A stretch of 64,000 bases of DNA from a bacterium (GCA_963662285.2 CAXXMV010000008.1:864001-928000), one strand, 5' to 3'; shown: positions 31,715-42,485, numbered from the stretch's first letter. Numbers and translations: made by a program. The notes: generated by a model from the sequence alone, not told the origin.

Positions 31715-31828
31715 AGTTAGAGGGGGGTTGCGTCTCAACGAATCAACCCCCACCTAACCTCCCCCAGGCTTGGGGGAGGGATAACGCAATTCAATTGGCT
31801 GACCGGTTACATTTCGATTTTGCATGGA

Positions 31829-32572
31829 TTATTTCGTTGTTGCACGTTTATCTCCACCAATAGCTTCCAAAGGCCATTTGCGGGTTCGTAAAGCGGCCAA
31901 AATTATTTTTACCGCGCCATCAAGCGTTGTACTGGCCATGTTGATAACCATATCATAAGCCGCTGGATCCTCAATTTTTTGTTTGAAATAACGTTTGATA
32001 TAATCAGCCCGTTCGCTATCAACCTGTTTGAGTTCATCGGCGGCCTGTTTTTCGCTCATGCCTTCAATATCTTTAAGATTACGCAATCGATATTCATAGG
32101 GGGCTACAACTCTGAGATGAAAAGCAGGGGTGTTGGCCAGAAGAAAATTGGCGCCCCGTCCAACCACCACAACTCCCCCCTGAATTGCAAGAGTTTTTAT
32201 CGCTTCGCCCAGAGACTTAATATATTCGTCATGGTCAAATACTTTTTCTGATATGAGGCTTTTGACCCACAATTCCAGTTCAGAACGGTTTTTCTCATCA
32301 AGCGACTCCACCAGTTCGCTGCGTACGCCAATATGTTTGGCGATATAATCGACCACTTTTCTATCAAACAGGCCATACTGCAACTCATGAGCCAGCAGTT
32401 TACCAAGTTCATGTCCCCGGCAGCCGCGTTGCCGCGATACGGTTACCACCGGTTTATTTCCAGAATGACCAGCCATGGTTGAATGATCATCCTGATGGGC
32501 TTTTTCATATACCTCATTTTCCATATTCCACCGTTTCACTTGCCGACTGACAATCAGGTGAATGTCGCTCAT
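31829..32572 (-). CDS. Cytidylate kinase-like family protein
   Basis: VTVSRQRGCRG, VVVGRGANF, DSERADY, YDMVIN; RBS aggag before ATG 32572. Confidence 0.88.
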   Translation of the reverse strand: MSDIHLIVSRQVKRWNMENEVYEKAHQDDHSTMAGHSGNKPVVTVSRQRGCRGHELGKLLAHELQYGLFDRKVVDYIAKHIGVRSELVESLDEKNRSELELWVKSLISEKVFDHDEYIKSLGEAIKTLAIQGGVVVVGRGANFLLANTPAFHLRVVAPYEYRLRNLKDIEGMSEKQAADELKQVDSERADYIKRYFKQKIEDPAAYDMVINMASTTLDGAVKIILAALRTRKWPLEAIGGDKRATTK

Positions 32573-32815
32573 GGTTTTAACTCCTTTACTCTGCATTTTG
32601 AAAACGCCCTTAGCTATAGTTTATCATATTTTACGGGGTTGTGTATAATAAGTGTCCTTGGAGACTGGCATCGTTCATCGGGCAACCATGAAGGATTGCC
32701 CCTACTTGTTATCATTGGTGGTTTTTTGATGGGTCGATGAGGCGTGACCCATCCTACGCAGAGGTGATTCTTGATTCGCCCTAACACTTCTGCCCACTTT
32801 GCTGTGCAATCAAAA

Positions 32816-32847
32816 AGGGCGGGTGCATATATCACATCCCGCCCTTA
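32816..32847 (-). terminator. Putative terminator after thrC
   Basis: aagggcggg / cccgccctt stem with upstream A run (U run on minus strand). Confidence 0.55.
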
Positions 32848-32897
32848 ATATACCTATATTATCAAACATTTTTATCAGACATCTTTATCTAAAAGCA

Positions 32898-34268
32898 TTA
32901 CCAATTTTGCAATATTTCTTCCACTGACTCAACGCTGCCGCTTGCTACTCGGAAACTATTGGCGTATTTAGCGTTAGGTTTTTCGGAATGATAGTGTGCG
33001 GTTGATTCTGAAAATTTAAGACCGGTTGCTGTACTGATGACTACCGAAGTCTCTTTTTCTGAAACGACGCCATCAGCGCGGGCTTGGAAGAGCGAGGATA
33101 ATCCAATGCCGGTCTGGGGACAAATATCCACTCCGCCACGGGTGACGGCCATCTGGGCGTCCTGAATCTGATCTTCATCATTACTATAAAAATGCGCGTC
33201 GAAGGATTGAATTAATTGCGCCACTCTAGGAAATGACACCGGATCGGAAATGTTGGCGGCGGATGCAACGCTGTGTTGGAATTTTCCTGGTTTGTAGCCA
33301 TTTGGGGTGCGTCCTGCTTTATCCCAGCGCACCAGGGTGTCGCAGACCTTAGCTTGTCCGACGATGATTCCCGGGAGGCGGTCAATCAATCCATGATGAT
33401 GGGCGCGTTTCAATCCAATTAACAAAGCGGTCAAATTGCCTGCGTTGCCCACTGGAATAACAATCCAATCGGGAACCTTCCAGTGTAAATCCTGGCAGAG
33501 TTCCAAACCGATGGTTTCCTGGCCGACGATGCGGAAAGCGTTTTTGGAATTAACCAGCACCAGATCAGGGTGAGTCGCGCTGAATTGCTGGATGATGCGC
33601 ATGCAGCCATCGAATCCATCGGGGTGATCGACTGCAATAACCTTCGCCCCGAATTGCAGAGCCTGGGTTAATTGCGCGACGGAAATTTTTTTATGCGGCA
33701 CAAGGATGACGCACTGCAAACGGTCGCGCGCGTAAGCGGCGTAAGCGGCGGCGGAGGCGGAGGTGTCTCCCGTGCTGGCGCAGCACACGCCCTGGATACC
33801 CAAATCGGGGAAATTCATCTGGAGGCGCAAGGTTTCGCTGACCGCAACCGACATGCCGCGATCCTTAAAACTGCCGCTGGGATTCTGGCCTTCCAACTTT
33901 ATAAAAGATGGTCCTAAAACAAGTTCTTTAAGGAGCCATTGTGGTATTTCAAAAAGGTCGGTGCAACCTTCGTACATGGCCAAACAGGCATCGTCGGGGA
34001 AGCCGGGAAGGATGAAGTCCTTCCATCCAAACACGCCAGAGCCAGTCGGGTATTGACGGGCCAGTTCACTCCATCGAATTCGATCAAAGTAGTGACAGGC
34101 CTCAACGCCATGACCGATCTTAGCAGCGATAAAATCTTCATCACGTTCAACTAACAACAAACCATTGCAACCCGGTTTGGTGCAGGTATAGGTAAACCGA
34201 TCCATGGGATATGTGGTTGAACAAGCAATGCATTGTAAATAAAAGCCGACTGATCCGCTATCCGCCAT
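32898..34268 (-). CDS. thrC: Threonine synthase
   Basis: NPSGSFKDRG, CASTGDTSAS, PVGNAGN, STATGLKF. Confidence 0.92.
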   Translation of the reverse strand: MADSGSVGFYLQCIACSTTYPMDRFTYTCTKPGCNGLLLVERDEDFIAAKIGHGVEACHYFDRIRWSELARQYPTGSGVFGWKDFILPGFPDDACLAMYEGCTDLFEIPQWLLKELVLGPSFIKLEGQNPSGSFKDRGMSVAVSETLRLQMNFPDLGIQGVCCASTGDTSASAAAYAAYARDRLQCVILVPHKKISVAQLTQALQFGAKVIAVDHPDGFDGCMRIIQQFSATHPDLVLVNSKNAFRIVGQETIGLELCQDLHWKVPDWIVIPVGNAGNLTALLIGLKRAHHHGLIDRLPGIIVGQAKVCDTLVRWDKAGRTPNGYKPGKFQHSVASAANISDPVSFPRVAQLIQSFDAHFYSNDEDQIQDAQMAVTRGGVDICPQTGIGLSSLFQARADGVVSEKETSVVISTATGLKFSESTAHYHSEKPNAKYANSFRVASGSVESVEEILQNW

Positions 34269-34473
34269 TGTCTAATCTCCAATTGCGTTATGATATAATA
34301 GTATAATCCGTATTACGGATATATAATATTTGATCTATGATACTGCGAAGAGAAGAAAGGTGAATCCATACGTTCTAATCTTTCGCTCTTTTTATTCATT
34401 GCGATTGTTATTTTATTTTAAGTGGAAGCCATTTTGCATTCAGCGAAATGGAAAAAACGCCGGATGGGTAATC

Positions 34474-35379
34474 ATGCATCAATGTTTTAAGTTCTACAAT
34501 TTAATCCGTTTCATCCGCCCTTATGCATTATTTGTCTGCTTTTTTATATTTGCGGGCGTATTGTCAGATCACGCCCAAGCCGACCAATGGTGGTCAACCG
34601 CCAAGGTGGAAGAGACGCGTCAGGTTGATGCAGGTCTTACTTATGAACGGGTGCTCTATCAGAAGATCACCAACGAACCGGTAAGAGCGCATATCCTCAA
34701 TGTTACCGGCATCGGCGCCCAATATATCTTTGGCGTACTGGGCAGTTATGGCGCTCTATTCCCTTCATCCGATTTTTCCAAACAGAGCGAAGCCATTGCT
34801 ATTGTAAACGGCAGTTTTTTTTCCAAAAAGCCAACCAGGGCATTGGGATTGGTGGCTGCGCATAACCGGATTTTATATCCCCCGCATGCCGGAGAAAATA
34901 CTCGCGGCGCCGTTGGTTTCACTCCCCAGACAATACTTTTTGATTGGATTTGCATGAATGATATTGAAGGCAACCGATTCAAGACTGACAAACCTGATTG
35001 GAATAATTGCCACGCCGCTTTAGGCGCCGGTCCATTGCTTATCAAAGATGGAACCTCTCTGCTTTCTACTCCTTTGGAAGGTTTTAACTTAGAGCAAATC
35101 GCACCCCGCACCGCTATCGGACAAACCAAAGACGGGCAGGTCTATCTCATCGTGGTTGATGGCCGTCAACCGGCCTGGAGCGCTGGAGTAACTCTAAGCG
35201 AGCTGGGTGAATTATTCATCAGTTTCAACGCCCACAACGCGCTCAATCTTGATGGTGGAGGATCATCCACTATGGTGATTCAAAACGAAATCATCAACCG
35301 GCCTTGCGATTACGCCATTCCCGGACAGCCCGGTAAAGAACGCCCCGTGGCCAATGTGATCTCCATCTTTAAGAAATAA
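34474..35379 (+). CDS. Phosphodiester glycosidase (NAGPA) family protein
   Basis: VNGSFF, GAGPLL, PRTAIG, VDGRQ, NLDGGGSS, RPVAN; start uncertain. Confidence 0.85.
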   Translation: MHQCFKFYNLIRFIRPYALFVCFFIFAGVLSDHAQADQWWSTAKVEETRQVDAGLTYERVLYQKITNEPVRAHILNVTGIGAQYIFGVLGSYGALFPSSDFSKQSEAIAIVNGSFFSKKPTRALGLVAAHNRILYPPHAGENTRGAVGFTPQTILFDWICMNDIEGNRFKTDKPDWNNCHAALGAGPLLIKDGTSLLSTPLEGFNLEQIAPRTAIGQTKDGQVYLIVVDGRQPAWSAGVTLSELGELFISFNAHNALNLDGGGSSTMVIQNEIINRPCDYAIPGQPGKERPVANVISIFKK

Positions 35380-35795
35380 TAATTGGTCAGCCAATTGAAG
35401 CGCGTATTTCTTTACAAGGGTGGTCGTTATCAACCCTCTCCTAACCTCTCCCAATCTTGGGAGAGGAATGTTAGACCACAGTGTTTTGTATGACTAAGTC
35501 AAAAAGATATAAATGGTTATATCTCCAAAATCCTTCTCCCCCAATTTGGGTGAGAATTCAAGTGTAAACTATGCACCCGGTATTCTCTAATCCTCAACCC
35601 ATAAAATATTATTTATATTTGTGGGTAAAGATCAGACCAAGCCAGGAGGAGGTTAGGTGGGGATTGCTTGGTCGAAGCGCAACCCCCCTCTAACTAAATG
35701 TCATTACGACCTATTCTTTCAAAAAAAACAGGTACAATAATAAACATGTAATTTATCTGGATAATTTCAATGAAATGAAATGAGATATCTAAGTA

Positions 35796-36935
35796 ATGGG
35801 CTTTATCTTTTCACAGAATTCACTGCAAATCACCATCAGATCAATCTGCGTATTTATTCTATATAGTAGTATTGTATTTTTAACTTCATTATTTACCTTT
35901 GAACCATCCAGTACACCGCTGTTCTGGCCGGCCAACGCAATTATTCTGGTTATTATGCTCTATGCAACCAGACTTCGAGCGATCATATATCTGGCATCAG
36001 CAGGTGTGAGTTATTTTTTATATATTTATTATTTTGATGCGTTTGGATTTAGTCCATCAATTCTATTAGCTTCTTCTAATATGATCGAAATCGCATCGGG
36101 GTATCTATTAATTACTTATGGCGCATCAATGCCGCTTCAATTTAACCGATTGAGCGGAACTATAGAATTGATTGGTTACGGAGTAATTCTAAATTCGCTA
36201 ATCGGAGCAACAGCCGGAACATTTCTGATGCGCCATATATGGGAGTCGACAACTTTCATAAGTTGGTCTATATGGTTTGGTACAGCCGCTATTGGTAATC
36301 TGATAATACTGCCATTAATTATTTCATGGTTTTCGCCAAATAAAAGAAGATACAATGGGAAACAAAAAATTGATATTATTCTGATCTTTATAGCTTGTAT
36401 TTTGGTCTCACTCCTTATTTTTACAGCGGATAAAGACCAGCCATTGATATATCCCTATTTTGTATTCCCGATACTACTATTTTCTGCTATGAGATTTGAC
36501 TTGAGAATTACATCAATTACCTTTTTGATATTTATAATCATATCATCCATTTGCAGTTCTATGGCCATGGGACCATTCGCCATGGGTGAATATTACCGCG
36601 AGATTGTCTTGTTGAGGTTTCAACTTTTCTGCGGGATATCAATAATCACAGTTTTAATAGTATCCGCATTGCAATCTGAAAGAGAACTCTTGGTCAACCA
36701 ACTGCGGGAGGCTGCAAGTCAGATCAAAACCCTGAGCGGTTTCATACCCATCTGCGCCCATTGCAAAAACATCCGGGATGACTCAGGTTATTGGAATAAA
36801 TTAGAAAGTTATCTTCAAGAAAATTCAGACGCGCAACTCTCGCACGGCATTTGTCCGGAGTGCGCCAAAAAATACTATGGAGAATATTTAACGGAAAAAG
36901 ATAAAGAACTTTCAGGTTGTGAAAAGGAAAAATGA
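35796..36935 (+). CDS. MASE1 membrane sensor with C-terminal Cys-rich domain
   Basis: FWPANA, many TM helices; C-terminal IPICAHCKNIRD..W..SHGICPEC. Confidence 0.85.
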   Translation: MGFIFSQNSLQITIRSICVFILYSSIVFLTSLFTFEPSSTPLFWPANAIILVIMLYATRLRAIIYLASAGVSYFLYIYYFDAFGFSPSILLASSNMIEIASGYLLITYGASMPLQFNRLSGTIELIGYGVILNSLIGATAGTFLMRHIWESTTFISWSIWFGTAAIGNLIILPLIISWFSPNKRRYNGKQKIDIILIFIACILVSLLIFTADKDQPLIYPYFVFPILLFSAMRFDLRITSITFLIFIIISSICSSMAMGPFAMGEYYREIVLLRFQLFCGISIITVLIVSALQSERELLVNQLREAASQIKTLSGFIPICAHCKNIRDDSGYWNKLESYLQENSDAQLSHGICPECAKKYYGEYLTEKDKELSGCEKEK

Positions 36936-36995
36936 TACGACATTACTTAGGTTCAACCCGAAAGTGAGTACTTATGGAATGACGCTCCGGCAAAA

Positions 36996-37123
36996 AGTGG
37001 ATAGAGATGGATGGCAAGGGCAGGGCCGCATTGCGGTTAGCCCTTGATTACACATCAATTTCATAATTTCAGTAGTTACTGAACGCCTCTCAAGAGTTGA
37101 TTTCGTCTTGCTCTTGTCACCCG
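36996..37123. repeat. Inverted A-hairpin doublet (REPIN-like), copy 1
   Basis: Colinear with 39887-40008 (gcccttgatta..cataattt..tagttactgaa..cctctcaag). Confidence 0.75.
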
Positions 37124-37393
37124 TCCGTCAAGAATTTCATCACCATGATTCATCTGATCGGGTCTAAATTAGAGTTCAAACGCCCCAAGGTTTTACCATC
37201 TTTCCACATTAAATAACGAAGAGGCCTATATAAACTCCAGTAACTACTGAATAATTTGTTAGTGAAACTTAGAGGAAAGAAATACAAAAGTCATAGTGTA
37301 AATTGCATGATGAATTATAGCCTGACAATTCCCAATAGTTATTCAATAGGATGATTAATAAACGAACATATTCTGATCAATGGGTAGAATGAA

Positions 37394-38692
37394 ATGATAT
37401 GGATCTGGCTTGGATTTATAACGTTAATTATTTTTTTTCTTGCCTTGGATTTAGGAGTTTTCAATCGTAAAGCGCATGTAATTACAATTTCAGAATCGGT
37501 TGGATGGACAATAATATGGGTCATACTCTCGTTCGGATTTAACGTTCTTATTTATTATTTGTATGAAAATCATGTATTTGGAATTGGAAGTGCAATCGGG
37601 CATCCTTTGAATGGGAAAGAAGCATCGTTACAATTTTTTGCCGGGTATATACTCGAAAAAACCTTGAGTATCGATAATATATTTATTATTGCATTGATTT
37701 TCTCCTATTTCCGCATCCCTCCGATTCATCAACACCGTGTTTTATTTTGGGGTGTTATCGGCGCATTGATAATGCGTGCAGTTATGATTACGTTAGGCGT
37801 ATCGTTGATAAATCGTTTTGAATGGATCATCTATATCTTCGGTGCATTATTGATCGCAACAGCGGTCAAAATGCTCTTCTCCAGACATGATAATCTTGAA
37901 CCGGATAAAAATCCCGTCGTACGGATTTTCAAGAAATTTTTCCCTGTGAGTAATGATTTGCATGAAGAAAAGTTTTTTATCAGGCAAAATGGGAAAATCG
38001 TCTTTACGCCGATTTTTATTACATTAATAGTTGTGGAGTCTTCCGACTTGCTTTTTGCGATTGATTCGATCCCGGCGGTTTTTGCTGTATCACAAGATCC
38101 TTTTATAATTTTTACTTCGAATGTTTTTGCGATATTAGGCCTACGTTCCATGTATTTTGCATTAGCAGGCGTTCTAGAAAGATTCCGTTTCTTGAAAATG
38201 AGCCTTGTTTTCGTTCTCGCATATGTGGGAATAAAGATGATTATTTCTCATACCTACAAGATACCTGTGCTTGTCTCTTTGACTATTATTAGCGGGATAT
38301 TTTCAATTGGTTTTCTTGTATCGATTTTTGCGCCCAAAAAAGATGCAAAAGCAATTGAGTCGCCTTTATCTTCCTATGATGAGATTGTTGATTTTGCCGG
38401 TTCGATATCTAAACAAGTAAGACGAATTATGGTTCTTTTGACAGGAGCCATTGTGTTGCTAGTAGGATTGGCGATGATTATTTTGCCCGGTCCGGCAATT
38501 TTGGTAATCCCCGCCGGAATGGCGATTCTTGGAGCGGAATTTCTCTGGGCAAAGAAACTAATGGAACAAATGGATTCCTCTGTGGAGCATCTTCCGATGA
38601 TTGGAGTAATCTATCAAAAGACGGTTAAGAAACTGATCGCGAGGATAATGAAATCAAAGATGAATAACAATAATTCCAAAGAGAGGCGCTGA
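37394..38692 (+). CDS. TerC/Alx family membrane protein with C-terminal PGPGW-like extension
   Basis: LALDLG, EKTLSIDN, QHRVLFWG, DLLFAIDSIPA, SNVFAILGLR; tail LPGPAIL..EFLWAK. Confidence 0.9.
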   Translation: MIWIWLGFITLIIFFLALDLGVFNRKAHVITISESVGWTIIWVILSFGFNVLIYYLYENHVFGIGSAIGHPLNGKEASLQFFAGYILEKTLSIDNIFIIALIFSYFRIPPIHQHRVLFWGVIGALIMRAVMITLGVSLINRFEWIIYIFGALLIATAVKMLFSRHDNLEPDKNPVVRIFKKFFPVSNDLHEEKFFIRQNGKIVFTPIFITLIVVESSDLLFAIDSIPAVFAVSQDPFIIFTSNVFAILGLRSMYFALAGVLERFRFLKMSLVFVLAYVGIKMIISHTYKIPVLVSLTIISGIFSIGFLVSIFAPKKDAKAIESPLSSYDEIVDFAGSISKQVRRIMVLLTGAIVLLVGLAMIILPGPAILVIPAGMAILGAEFLWAKKLMEQMDSSVEHLPMIGVIYQKTVKKLIARIMKSKMNNNNSKERR

Positions 38693-38695
38693 GCG

Positions 38696-39847
38696 ATGCA
38701 TGTTGATCCCATTATGCCTCTTTTCGTTTCAATTGTATTGGTTATGACTGTGGTTGCAATCGTGGCCAGAATTATCAAGCAGCCTTTAATCATTGGGTAT
38801 TTGATAACCGGTTTCTTTATCGGTCCGCAAGGTTTGGGTATTGTTAGCAATCCTGAGGTTATATCCCGTGTTGGTTCGGTTGGTGTATTGTTGTTACTGT
38901 TTTTCATAGGGATGGAAGTGTGTCCCAGGAAATTGGTCTCGAATTGGAAACTCACAATTGTTGGAACTTCGATTCAAATCCTATTATCCGTTGGCATCAT
39001 CATTGTACTGGGTTATTTATTCCAGTGGCCTTTTCATCGAAGCCTTTTAATCGGCTTTGTAATTGCAATAAGCAGCACGGCCGTCATACTCAATTTGCTT
39101 AAGGAATGGAACGAATTGGATACCCGTGTTGGGCAGGACGTATTGGGGATTTTACTTACACAGGACCTTGCGATCATTCCCATGATTATCCTATTGGGAT
39201 TTTTTACAGGCGAGCGTTTAGACATATTTGTTTTGAGCCTGCAACTATTTGGCAGCATCCTTTTTTTATCTATTGTTATGTGGACCATGGGGAAGGAAAA
39301 AATCCACCTTCCATTTGGCAAATGGATTCGTAACGACCATGAAGTACAAGTTTTGTTTGCATTGTTATTCTGTTTTGGCTTGGCTCTGATTTCCAGCCTT
39401 CTTCACTTATCTTCGGCTTTGGGCGCTTTTGTCGGGGGGATTCTCATCCGGGCGGCGAAAGAAACAGCTTGGGTTGAAGATAAACTGCATTCCTTACAAG
39501 TGATATTTATCGCCTTGTTTTTTGCATCTATCGGAATGTTGCTTGATTTCAGATTTTTGATTGAGTATTGGAGAGTTATTTCTATTCTATTGGTCATTGT
39601 TATATTAGGTAACACGCTGATTAACACTTTAATATTTAAGGGATTAGGGAGATCGTGGAGGGAAAGTCTGTACGGAGGAGTTTTGTTATCACAAATTGGT
39701 GAATTCAGTTTTTTATTGGCAGCTATTGGGTATAACTCCAATATCATTGGAAAATATGCATATCAAATAACAATAATTTTGATTGTTCTAACTCTTATGG
39801 TCAGCCCGCTTTGGATCATGGGATGCAAAAAAATAATACGTAGATGA
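38696..39847 (+). CDS. CPA2 cation:proton antiporter without TrkA domain
   Basis: GYLITG..IGP, LLFFIGME, SSTAV, QDLA, LGAF, SQIGEFSF. Confidence 0.9.
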   Translation: MHVDPIMPLFVSIVLVMTVVAIVARIIKQPLIIGYLITGFFIGPQGLGIVSNPEVISRVGSVGVLLLLFFIGMEVCPRKLVSNWKLTIVGTSIQILLSVGIIIVLGYLFQWPFHRSLLIGFVIAISSTAVILNLLKEWNELDTRVGQDVLGILLTQDLAIIPMIILLGFFTGERLDIFVLSLQLFGSILFLSIVMWTMGKEKIHLPFGKWIRNDHEVQVLFALLFCFGLALISSLLHLSSALGAFVGGILIRAAKETAWVEDKLHSLQVIFIALFFASIGMLLDFRFLIEYWRVISILLVIVILGNTLINTLIFKGLGRSWRESLYGGVLLSQIGEFSFLLAAIGYNSNIIGKYAYQITIILIVLTLMVSPLWIMGCKKIIRR

Positions 39848-39886
39848 AAATTTTTTTGAGAAAAATGTCGCTAATGATTCTTCATT

Positions 39887-40008
39887 AGTGGATAGGCGCC
39901 AATGGCAAGACCGCATTGTAGTCAGCCCTTGATTAAAACCCAATTACATAATTTTATTAGTTACTGAAAACCTCTCAAGGGCTGACTTCATCATGCTCTT
40001 GCAACCTG
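39887..40008. repeat. Inverted A-hairpin doublet (REPIN-like), copy 2
   Basis: Diverged direct repeat of 36996-37123. Confidence 0.75.
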
Positions 40009-40029
40009 TAATATGATAATCGCTCTAGC

Positions 40030-40063
40030 ATACCAAAAGCCCGTAACAGCGGGCTTTTGGTAT
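40030..40063. terminator. Bidirectional terminator between convergent antiporter and cydB
   Basis: ataccaaaagcccg-6nt-cgggcttttggtat perfect 14-bp stem. Confidence 0.85.
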
Positions 40064-40089
40064 ACAACATGTTTATATATAATCGGATT

Positions 40090-41106
40090 CTAATAACTTT
40101 CCTCAGTAATCTCCGTTTTGCCTCTAAAGATATAGTAGATCACCGCCGTATAGGCGATCACCATCGGCATTCCAATCAGCGCGATGACCAGCATTACTTT
40201 TAAGGTCAGGGGCGTGGATGAGTGGGCGTAAACTGTCAGGCTATAATCCAGGTTGGTCAGGGATGGCACCATCCGGGGATAGAGACTTACTCCGGTCAGA
40301 CCCAGGGTTCCCGCTATCATCACCGATGATGCGAGAAACGCAATACCATAACGCGCCGCCTTAATTGTAACCGGCAAATAGGCGATGGCGCCCAGCATGG
40401 GTAGGAATACCACCCAGAAACTCCACTTGGACAAAATGCCGTCAAACAGAAACGGCGCCGCGAAGAAGGTCGATATAGTGGCCAATACATAGAGGATGAC
40501 CGAGGTCATCCATGCACCGTTAGCCCAACCCTGCATTCTGGATTGTAGATCGCCAACGGTTTTGATCGCCATATAGATAGCGCCATGCATGATGAAAAGC
40601 GATAGGGTTAAAAGCCCGATAAGGATGGCGTAGGGATTAAGCAAACCGAGAAAACTACCTGTGAAAGTATAGGTTTCATTCAAGGGGATTCCCCGCAGAA
40701 TATTGCCTAAGGCCACGCCAAGCAATAGGGCGGGCAGCAGGCTGCCAATCCCGAACATCCAGTCGAATAGACGTCTCCAAACCGGGCAATCTACCTTTCC
40801 GCGGAATTCCATTGACACAGCACGGAAAATCAGCGCGGCCAGAAGCAGCATCAGGGCTATGTAAAAGCTGCTGAAAACCGTGGCGTAAACCGGTGGAAAC
40901 GCGGCGAACAGCGCCCCGCCTCCGGTCAGCAGCCACACTTCGTTTCCATCCCACACCGGACCGATAGCATTGATGTGGATGCGTTGTTCATTATCATCCC
41001 GTGCGAAAAGGCTCAATGCTCCTACGCCCAGATCGAAGCCATCCAGGATGGCGTAGCCTGCGAACAGGACTCCTACTAACAAGAACCAGACTGTGTTTAA
41101 ATCCAT
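40090..41106 (-). CDS. cydB: Cytochrome bd ubiquinol oxidase subunit II
   Basis: LDGFDLGVG, GPVWDGNEVWL, RAVSMEFR. Confidence 0.97.
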   Translation of the reverse strand: MDLNTVWFLLVGVLFAGYAILDGFDLGVGALSLFARDDNEQRIHINAIGPVWDGNEVWLLTGGGALFAAFPPVYATVFSSFYIALMLLLAALIFRAVSMEFRGKVDCPVWRRLFDWMFGIGSLLPALLLGVALGNILRGIPLNETYTFTGSFLGLLNPYAILIGLLTLSLFIMHGAIYMAIKTVGDLQSRMQGWANGAWMTSVILYVLATISTFFAAPFLFDGILSKWSFWVVFLPMLGAIAYLPVTIKAARYGIAFLASSVMIAGTLGLTGVSLYPRMVPSLTNLDYSLTVYAHSSTPLTLKVMLVIALIGMPMVIAYTAVIYYIFRGKTEITEESY

Positions 41107-42446
41107 CAGACCGTCACCTCCTCAACCGAATCCTTTACGGGACCTTCTTTAACTTCACGTATAAAGACAAAGAGATAAAGCGCTCCGAGGAAGAGGTAGA
41201 TTACGCCGAACAGCACGATGGAAAAGAGCACTTCTCCTGCTGATACCGTAGGTGAAAAGGCATCGGCTGTTCTGAGCAAGCGATATACCACCCACGGTTG
41301 ACGACCCACCTCAGCCACAATCCAGCCCAGTTGAGTAGCGATTAAAGGTAATGGAATAGCAGCGACCAGGATGGTAAGAAACCATCTGGTTTCCCACAAC
41401 ACGCCCCGGTAGAGTAGGAAAATCCCGAATGCCATCAAGCCGATAAACATGGTTCCCAGAGCCACCATATTATGGAAGGAGACGAAGGTTAAAAAGAAGG
41501 GAGGCCGTTCGTTTTCGGCGAAGGCGTCCAGACCTTTGACTTCGGCATTGATATCTCCATGCGCCATAATACTCAGCACGCCGGGAATTTCGATAGCGCC
41601 GATAAGCCGCGGCGGATTATCCAATGGAATAGCGAATCCCAGCAATGGGGCGCGGGTCTGGGTTTTGAGCAGTCCTTCCATAGTGGCGAATTTCTCCGGT
41701 TGGGTTTTGGCGACCTGGATGGCGTGTTCATGACCAGTGGGAAAGGCTGTCGCGACCGAAGCGATAAATCCGATGATCAAGGCCAGTTTCATTGAACGCC
41801 TGGTGACATCCATATCTTTTTTCTTAAGCGCCCAATAGGCCGATACGCCCGTTACCACGAAGGCGCCGCAGACAATTGTGGCGGCGAAAGTATGGAAAAA
41901 CCGCACCCAGGTTGAATCGTTAAATATGGCTTGAGTAAAGCTGGTCAGTTCAGCCCGGTTGTTCTGAATGATGTATCCCGCAGGAGTCTGCTGCCAGGAA
42001 TTGGCGGCGATGATCCAGAACGCGGATATAGTGGCGCCCACAGCAACCATCAAGATCGAAAACCAATGGATACCTTTGGAAACGCGCTTGCGTCCAAAAA
42101 GATACAGACCAAGAAAGGTTGATTCCATAAAAAACGCAAAGACGCTTTCCGCAGCCAAAGGCGCTCCGAAAATATCTCCCACGAACTTGGAATACTCTGA
42201 CCAGTTAGTTCCGAATTGGAACTCCATCACGATGCCGGTCGCCACGCCGACCACGAAGGTCAAGGCCAGCAATTTGGCAAAGGTGCGGCTCATCCGTTCA
42301 TAGACCGGGTTGCCGGTTTTCCAACTGGCGCCTTCCATCGCAACCAACAGCCAGGCCAGGCCGATGGAAATTGGTGGAAAAAGGAAGTGGAATCCTATGG
42401 TCAACGCGAATTGTAGTCTTGATAAAAATAAGGTGTCCATATCCAT
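41106..42446 (-). CDS. cydA: Cytochrome bd ubiquinol oxidase subunit I
   Basis: RLQFA..FH, EFQFGTNW, QPEKFATMEG, EVGRQPW. Confidence 0.97.
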   Translation of the reverse strand: MDMDTLFLSRLQFALTIGFHFLFPPISIGLAWLLVAMEGASWKTGNPVYERMSRTFAKLLALTFVVGVATGIVMEFQFGTNWSEYSKFVGDIFGAPLAAESVFAFFMESTFLGLYLFGRKRVSKGIHWFSILMVAVGATISAFWIIAANSWQQTPAGYIIQNNRAELTSFTQAIFNDSTWVRFFHTFAATIVCGAFVVTGVSAYWALKKKDMDVTRRSMKLALIIGFIASVATAFPTGHEHAIQVAKTQPEKFATMEGLLKTQTRAPLLGFAIPLDNPPRLIGAIEIPGVLSIMAHGDINAEVKGLDAFAENERPPFFLTFVSFHNMVALGTMFIGLMAFGIFLLYRGVLWETRWFLTILVAAIPLPLIATQLGWIVAEVGRQPWVVYRLLRTADAFSPTVSAGEVLFSIVLFGVIYLFLGALYLFVFIREVKEGPVKDSVEEVTV

Positions 42447-42485
42447 GTTCTTATATTCTCCTTAATGGGATAAAAACCAATGGAT

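Noticed and set aside
37130-37393. yybP-ykoY riboswitch upstream of terC/alx
   Set aside because: Expected from family knowledge but no convincing structure seen
29200-40010. Integron cassette array
   Set aside because: No integrase and no attC-type RYYYAAC/GTTRRRY boundaries; hairpins belong to dispersed REP families
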